A DNA stretch of 62,397 nt, taken from IMG/VR virus record IMGVR_UViG_3300044640_001993, positions 1 through 62,397 of that record, one strand, 5' to 3'. Of the stretch, positions 9,121 to 18,100 are shown one piece after another. The DNA comes from a virus (taxonomy: Duplodnaviria > Caudoviricetes). The notes beneath the pieces are model-generated. The model worked only from the letters and a program-made list of their open reading frames with translations. It had not been told where the DNA came from and searched no databases. The translations under genes were made by a program, and so were the position numbers. Within the stretch, counting starts at the first letter, position 1, and each line of letters opens with the position of its first letter.

Positions 9121-12100
9121 CACGTCTCCAAATATGTAGGAATTTCATCACCTTCGTAGGTTGTTAAGGTTACGCCTGTTAGTTCATCTAACTCCATAGC
9201 AGTAAGGAAACCGCTATTATTATTGTAATCTGAAGAAGAAGCCATTGTAGCTCCGTCTTCTTCGTCAAAGACATCAACAGAGGCTTGAGCGATAATCTGC
9301 TCACTAAAGCGTTCAGCGGCTTCTCTAGTTGATTGTTTAATACCTTCTATTATTCTGTCTGCCATATCTTGTTCTGTTACACCTTCTCCTGGTAGTCCGG
9401 CCTTTCTATTAGTGAGAAGGCCTGCTATACCCATACCTACTACCCCACCAACAACTTCTCCTGTTAATCTTCCTAAAGGTGTTGCAGCAAAGCCTCCGCT
9501 TCTAGTTCCAATGGTATCTACTACTTTGTTAGATATTACAGAACTAGCGTTGAAGATAGATTCAAAAGCTATTCCTGTAAGTAAGGATTCTGTTGAACCT
9601 CCGCCCATAGTTAAACTATTTCTGATTCTGGCTGTCCTTAACCGCTGGGCTGTTTTAGCTAGTTCCCCCTCGGAGGTAGGGTCAGCTACTGCACTAGAAG
9701 ATAGATAAGACTGGGCTGTGTTACTTAATAGTTCTATTGCTTGTTCTGAAGCTGAAGCTCTATTTTGCATCAAGGCAAACAAGGCTGGTACTGCTAATAC
9801 ACTAATAGCTTCAGATATAGAGTGCGATCGCCTGGACTCTCTACTTATTCTGTTAACTTCAAGGCTTGTAGCTCTTTTTATAGTAGCTGTGAGATTCCTG
9901 TTTAATTCGTTTTGGATGTCTTGTACGGTTTTAAAATGGTCTTCAGGACGAAGATTATTTGAGTTTGATTTAGCTGCGTCCATTTGTGCTTGTAGTCTAT
10001 CTATAGCAGCATCGTATTGTACGTTTAGTTTTTCTCTGACATCTTCTGCTTGACTAAGATTTATATTGTTAGCAGCTTGCTCGGCTACTAAGCTTGTGTA
10101 CTCTTGGTTAAGCTTACTCATTGTATAAGTAAAAGCACTTTGGTTAGCAGCTTGCTCTGCTGCGGAAGTGTTTAACTCTAGACCTTTAATAGCTTCAAGC
10201 CCAATTCTGTATTCTCTTTCTCCTGGTTTACCTTCTACTTCTGACTTGCTAAATAGTAAAGCTTCAGCCTCTTCAGATAGGTACTTACCATTATCTCCTA
10301 AAGCACCTATATCTGCCTTTAAAGCGTTCTTATCAATACTAGGATTTGTGAAAACTGTATACTCCATTGCTAAATTTAAGTTTGTATACTCATTTGTTCT
10401 CACATATCTAGAGGCTCTTGCTTCAATTGCAGCTATATCTGGGTTATTATCTCCATCAGGATTGTAGCCTATAGAAGTGTTTTGCAGTCCTAACATACTA
10501 AAGAAGCCTCTATAAGCCGCCTCGGCAGGTCTTTTATCTGGTTGATTTTCAATACCTGGATTTGTAGTTTTAACAGCTTCTGCGGCTAAACCAGCTATTT
10601 CTGGTAAAGCTTGAGCATAAAAGCCCATCCATATATTAGGGTCAATCTTTCCAGCAGCTAATTGTTGAGCAAAAGCTGTAGAGTATAAACTTAAGTTTTG
10701 TTCCAAGTTAGAAGGTAAACTACCCTCTCTCATTTCACCTATAGCACTGTGTAGATTCTTCAGTTCATTAATACTATCCTTTAACCGCTGTTGGTCGTTC
10801 TGTAGGGTTTTGTTTATACTTGCTCTTAAACCAGCTTCAAATATCTCAAAGTCGTCATTTAACCCAGAAGTTGCTTTAGCGATCGCCTCTTGCATACCTT
10901 CTTGTTCTATTCTGTATTCTTTTAGATAACCCTCTTCTAAAGTTTTTATAGCAGAAGTTTCATTTAAACCTTCAAGAAGTTCTGCTTTTCTTCTATCAAC
11001 TAGTGAATCAATAGCCCCTCTTTCAAACTCATCATCTTTGTTGTAAGTACCGACTCGCTTTACTCCGTACAGGTCTAGTAAAGCCTGTCCTGTTCTAGCA
11101 AACTCTACTCTGTTTTGTATTTCTAAAGAGTTAATAAAGATATACTCGCTTTGGAAAGCACTAGTTAGGTCAGTGATAAAGTTAGAGATAAAGTCATCTG
11201 CTGATTGACCTGCATACTTTTCTCTTGTCTGTGCAGCTTTTAAAATATCTTTAAAGACGCTTTGCTCCATCATTGCAGAGCTATCTTCAAAGTTGCCAGA
11301 AACATACTCTGTTATCAGCTTTAATGCGGCAAACGCTTTAGCCTGACGTGCGTAAACAGGGGTTTCTTTTTCTCCTAAATAGATATCTAGGTCGTTACCA
11401 ACTTTTTCACCTAAAAATCTAGTAAGAATGCTTTCTCTATTATCTTTTATAGTTCTAGAATCTCCGGTAAGACTATTAAGGATGTTGGTCAATCCTTTTA
11501 TATTGTCTTGTCCTTCTGGCAATTGAATCCCGTAGCTTGGTAACTCGTCTGCAGGGAGGAAGAAGTCATCAACCACTTCCAACATTATGGTTTTGGAAGT
11601 ATTAGTCCCTTTCTTTGATTCTTTAGGTTTAATAGCAGCGTCTCTCAAGAACTGCTGTGTAGTAATGACAAATCTCATTGCTACTTCTAGCTGGCGGTTT
11701 CCTTCATCTAGCCTTAAGTTGGTAGATAAAGTTTGACCACTGTTGAAGTAACTATTTCTTCTTTGCTCTAGTTGGTTTATAAGGCTTTGTTGTGCCTGGT
11801 CTGTAGTAGACAACTGAGCTTTTCTTTGATTTATTTCTCTAGTTAAACCAGCAGCCATAGCCATTCTGTAGGATGCTCCTTCATCACCCCGCATAGCTCG
11901 CTGGGCTGTTATTTCTCCCATTTTGATAGCTACTAATGGTACTACAGTGTTATAGGTACTTCCTAATAACCCTGTACCAGAAGCTCCAAGGATAGATTGA
12001 ATTTCATTTATACCCTGTGCGTCTAATATAGAACCTGTAGCAGAAGCAAGACGTTTATCACTATTTGCCATACTAGCGTTAAAGCTGGCAACGTTTGCTT

Positions 12101-15100
12101 GTTGTAGAATAATGGCGTTGATTACATCCTCTGGTGTATTAAGATTATCTTTGTTTTCTATGTCTTGGTAGTAATAGTCAAACTCGCTTGTGGCTGCCGC
12201 TAGGAGTTTTCTACTTTCTTCATCTCTTGTGTACCCAACCATGCCAGTTACTTTAAACTCGCCATTTTGTTTAGTCAGCTGCAGCTTGGATAACACATCA
12301 TTAGTTAAAACTCCAACTGCATCTGTGGCGTGTTTGGTATTACCATAGATGCCATCTAGAGTATCTCTAAATTGTTTAACTAAGGACTGAAGAGATTCGT
12401 CAGGTAGAATCCCGCCTTCTCCCATCATTTCACGAGGTATCGCTGTGTAAGTAGAAGTGTAGGCGCGTAGCCCTTTATTTGCTCTCTGCTTGGCTTCTAT
12501 TTTTATCTTTCTATGCTCGTTTAGTAGTTCATTTTTGTGTTTTATCATTAAGGATAGTTCTTCATCGGCAGCTTTAACTTCTGCCTTACTTATGGCATTT
12601 AGTTTGTCTGTAGAAAGAGAGCTATCATGATGAAGATTAGATTTATCTTTTGAAAGCTTGTCTACTGCAGCTTGTTGTTGTTGAATGCGTCTGGTAACGT
12701 TAGCTAATTGAGTCATTGCTCCTTGGAAGGAGTCACCGTCGTAGTCTCCCAACTCTGTATAGTGCATACCTAAAGCGGAAACAAGCATTAGAGTGGCGGA
12801 TTCTCTTTTAGCAAGGCGGACTAGTGTATCTGTTTCTCTTGCTCTTTGGTCTACTGTTCCTACCCCAACTATATTTAATAGAGCCGTCGCACTTTCAGAA
12901 GGAAGAGCCGCACCATAAGGACCACCTTGTCTTGCTTCTGTTGACGATGAGCTGTAAAGTTTTTCTATTTCTTCTAGCCTGGTTTTAGTTTTTGCTTTTA
13001 CTGTCTCATTAAAATCAGCAAAAAGTGGTAAGTCAAGATAACTAGAAGGAAATAATTCTTTAACTGGTTCTACACTATTAATCTGTCTTGAACTAATTAA
13101 CCTTGAGGTGTAGTCCATAAAAGAGTCAACACTAGCTACCCTATACCCATCTATAAGAGGGTTTACATGACTTCTAGTTATATACTCTGTTTCTGGAAGC
13201 TCTTGTCCATAAGTTTGTGAGTAGTAAGTCTGTCTTTGTTGGTTTAGTCTATCAACTAACTTATCTAGTAAAAAAGGAAGCTGACTTTCTTTTAAAGCTA
13301 CACTCTGTTTACTAGCTTCAAGCTTGGCTTCATTTTCTAGAATTATTTTTTCTTTTTCTTCTATTTTTGTGCGTAGATTTTTCTGTTCATCTTCAATAGT
13401 TTTAGCTACTCGCATTTTAAAAACATTAATGTCTGACTTATCAATAGGGCTACTTGCTTTTTTTCTTATTCTTACTTTTTCATTTGCATTGTCATCACTC
13501 TCGTCATACTCTCTACCATATTCTACATACTCGTAGTCTAAACCCATCCTTTTTAATAAACGGTTAGAGACGTAACCTTTTTTAAATGTTTTTCCCTCTT
13601 CAGCAATTCCATCTTCATCTTTTTTATCTCTTAATCTAAAGGTTTCTAAATCTTTATACTCAGCTTCAGTTAAACTACTATTTTGGGTAGCATTGTCTAC
13701 AAGACTTTGCATTTTGTTTCTTGTAGCGTCTAAGTCTTTATATCTTTGGATTAGGTTTGCAAGTTGACGATGTTGAAGACCTGTAAAGAGTGTTACACTT
13801 CTTACTTCATTTGAATCAGGAATATTTGTTCTATAAGAAACTTGTTTAGTAGTTGTACCAACTTGACCTTCTAAATAATCTATTGAGGCATTAAGTTTCA
13901 CTATGCTTTTAGAAACGCCAAGTAAGGCTGCTCTAGACGTTTTCAGTTCAGCTTTTACGTTTGCGTTCTGTCCTCTTTGAGTGACTTCCGTAAATCTAGA
14001 GCCAAAAGCTACTTCATCCTCTGCTAGTAAGAGACTAGACATAGCGATCGCACTCATACCAGAAAGCTTTAACCTATCTGTGGCAGCTTGTCTAATAGTC
14101 TCTTGGTTGTTAAGCAACTCACCTGTGGTTTCCACAGATTCTCTCATTAAGAACTCTAACCTACGATACTGTGCTAACTCATAATCATCTAGTTCTGTAG
14201 TCTCAGACCTATTACTTGCCCCACTTAATCTTTCTAATAAACTGTAACTATTAGTCAATTGGTCAGACAAAGCTACTTGAGTGGTCAAGGCGGCGTGGCT
14301 TTCACCTTGAAAGACTAAAGATATCTTCTGCATTAAGTCTAGACCTAGCAGCAAGCCCTGGTTAGGTGAAGAAGAAGTAGTAGGTGCATAGCTGACAGTA
14401 TGCTTGCCGCTCTCACTCATACCGTGTCCTATCAAAGCTGGTAGAACTAATCTTTTTGTTTTAGAGATAGTCTCATACAAGTTTTTAGCCTGCTCTATAG
14501 TTGGGTCTTTACCGTGTTTACTATCTTTACTATCTTTTGATTTTTGAGTGTGAGATACGCTCCTAAGAACTTCCATTCCATACTGTAAATACTCTGTACC
14601 TGATTCAGTATTCTGAGAGGCAGTAATTCTTCTGTTTATATCAGCTTGGTAGTGTTCATAAACTCCGCTATCTCTCAATAGGTCTTCTGTGAGGTACTTA
14701 GCAATATCTAGTTTTTGATTAGGTTGGTCTGTTAGTAGTAAAGGATTAAGAGCCGCCACACTTGTGGTTAACTTTGTGAAAAAGCTTTCGTAGTAAGCAA
14801 TAGGGGCTATAAGAGTTTGCTTGTTCTTTAAAGTTTCTAAACTTCTTTCAATAATTATTTTTGGTAACTCTGTTTCTATAAACTGGCTTCTATACGGGTT
14901 TTGGGAACTCATTCTTGAATCTTTCCCATAAGCTGTACTAAACTCTTTGAAAATAGAAACCACTTCCTTCTGGATAGCTGTTTTCTGTACACCATCCATT
15001 TGAACTTCTTGGAGTATGCGTCTTTCTATCTGTCTCCTTCTGTAATTAACTCCATCCTCTGCGTCTTGAGAAGATGGCATTACTATACCTCCAGCTAGTT

Positions 15101-18100
15101 GTCTAACAAGACCCATCTTTTCTACAAGTCTCTTTGCATCCTTACCGTCTGGGTTATATATATAAGCCAGTACAGCATCTTTAGCCAAAGGACTAGTAAA
15201 GCCTCTCTCTCCGGCTACAACAGTGGGTAAAGTCTTCTCAGCTACTCTACTAAAATTACTAAGGAAGTTAGTAGCAAAGCGCATTGATTTACTAATACCA
15301 ACCTGCTCATCTAGACTAGCTAGATTAGTTACTTTCAAACCATATAAAGTAGAAGCACGGTAGGGGTCAGGTAGCTGACCTTCCATTAGTCCTCCCAGCA
15401 GTAGTACAGCTTGTTGGATGCTGAGAACGTCTTGCTTTTCTTGTAAAGTATCTGTATAAAGACCAAGTTGCGCCTTAGATAACTCTAAAGCGTAATGGCC
15501 CTCCATTTTAGTCATGTTTTGCATCCCAACTGCTACGGCAATCTTGCTTGGTAGTTTTTCAATACCAAACTCCATGAAGCGGTTCAAGCGCAGCATAGCA
15601 TTAACTTGAGCTAAACCAAACTCAAGCTGCTTTTCTAGCATTTCTTTATTTTGTCCTGTAGCATTATTAATGTCTTCGGGTCTTGGTAGATGAACGTTCA
15701 AACCTGATGCCACTCTTCTTACAGAAGCTATCATAGCTAGTCTAGTGCGGGGGTCGGTGTCAGCAGTTTCTCCTAAATATCTTTTTCTGTTCTCTGACCC
15801 CATAAAGTAGGCAGGATTTACCTCGCTTATAGAAGCACCGTTAAGTCTTTGATTTGTGTCTATATCTCCTAACAAATCCTGTCCTGCTTTAATAAAGTAA
15901 GCTAATACACTAGCTGACCGACTATCAAAAGAATCATTAAAGATATAACGAGACTGATCAAACTCTACGCCTAATGCTCGGTCTGTTCTGGTTCTGACTT
16001 CTCCAAAGAGGCTTAAAGCTCTAGTCTTTAAGCGTTCTCTAGCTTGATTTGCTTCTGTACCAGTTCCTAAAGCAAGAGAGACTGTTTTTACAAGAGCTTG
16101 ACTAACACTTAGAGTGTTATCATTTAGAAACTCTGGAAGAGCTAAAGAAGTTAATTCACCAAATATCTGGAAAGTGGGTTTAGCTGCATCAGTAATACTA
16201 TTGGTTCTTCCTCTGACTGGTAAAGCTTTACCCTGTGAACTTCCAGGTTTTAATAGAGCTAAAGCTGCTTGGCTTTTACCAGAAGTTTTTAAATGCTCGC
16301 CGAGCAATCTTGAGATAGTTTCATTATCATCTACTTTTTCTTTTAGCATCATTAATGCTAAACCTTCGGCTACGGCTGCCCCACCTTCATCTCCGCCAAC
16401 AAACTTAAGAAAACTGCTGTCGTGCCTATCTTCTATAAGCATCAGACCTTGCTCAAAGTTAAAGCCTTTAATCTGAGAAGGGGTAAGGATAGCGTAGATA
16501 CTTTGATCTCTTAATCTTTCTGGTAACAATTCTGTGTTTGTACCTTTAGATTTTTCTAAAGCATCAAACAGGTCTCCTGACAACATAAGGTCTGGTCCTT
16601 TGCTAGTGTCTGTACCAGGTCTAAGACCCGACATGGTGTCTCTTCTGGTGGAAGTATCTAACTCCAAAGTGATAGTGGAAGAACCAGTTTGAGATATTCT
16701 AGGGTCTTCATGTAGTACAGTTACCCCTCTATAAACTCTTTGGCTGACAGCAGGTAACTTGAACTTGAGAAGTTGTGTGGCCTTCTGTTGCCCACCTAAA
16801 CTGTCATATTCATAAAGTCCTTTAATTGTAAAGTAGCCTTTGGACTCTTCTAGCTGCCCAATCATCTTCTTACTAGTTAGTCTTTCTTCAGGAGAAGACC
16901 CAACAGCCGCTGACTGTACACCTCTTCTAAAGTAGAACTGTCCCTTAGAAGATTTAAACTGGACAGTTTCAAATCTAAGAGATATTGCATCTTCTAGATT
17001 CTTTCTCTTACCAGCGTCAAGACTTTGCATTTTCTCAACAAAGTTTAATTTATCATCACCCTCTTGAGGGTTTAGCTGGTCTAAGACAGTTTTTTCTAGA
17101 AGCGATCGCAGCCCTGTGTCTTCTATAAGTGTATCTAAGGCTAAGAACGTGACTCCTTTAGTTAACTTTTGTCTAACTTGCTGCTCAAAGGATACGTTAC
17201 CTTGAAGTCTGGTAGCATCCAAAGTCATAGTTGTTTTGTGTAACAAGGTGTACTCAGGTCTGTTACCTGTTTCGTCACGATAGTCGGCATTAACATAAGC
17301 AAAGTCAGACATTGTGGCTATACCCATGCTCTGCAATACTCTTTTAGGTGATGTACCGCCAAGAAAGCCGCGCACTAAGCTCATTGAGTCGCCGTGTATA
17401 TTGCGTTTTATATAGTTAAGAACTGTGTCTGGATTGTTTTTATTTTCTTCTAATAACTTCTGTAGATACTTAAATTGATGTTCAGGTATAGAAGTCATCA
17501 TGCTGCCTGCCAGCATATTCTCTAGCTGTAAAGGGTCTGCAGTAGTGCTAAAAACGCCCAGAGTGTCTGCATACCTACCAAAGTCTTTAGAAGCAGCTTC
17601 TACTGGTCTACCGCTTTGTAAGTTCTTTAAACGTTGAGAGATTTGTTCAGTTACGCGGTAAGGAAAGTAGAATAGTGAACTACTGCTACTACCGCGCACG
17701 GTTAACAGTTTGAATACTTCCTCTTCTTGTTCCTTGGCTCTTTTAGCAGCTTGTTCATCACTTAAGCCTGCTTTTCTTAAAGAAGCTAGAACTTGAGCAA
17801 CATAGTCTTCTCTTCTGAGGATGCCAAGCTGCCGCATAGTAGAGAGCATAGATTCTGTATCTCTGATAGAAGCCGCGCCCCCTTCTGCTTTATAGATACC
17901 ACCTTGATTCTTATATAGGTCACGTTCAGTAAATCTAATACTATCCGCGATCGCTCTGATGTAAGAACCTCCCAATGACTCTCCATGACGTAAAGCATGG
18001 GGGCTTAATAGAAAGCCTAGAGTGCTTTGAGACTCTGCTAAGTTGTAGAGATCATCGTTAATCCCAAACACTGGTGTTTTGTAAAGTGCTTGACCAAAAG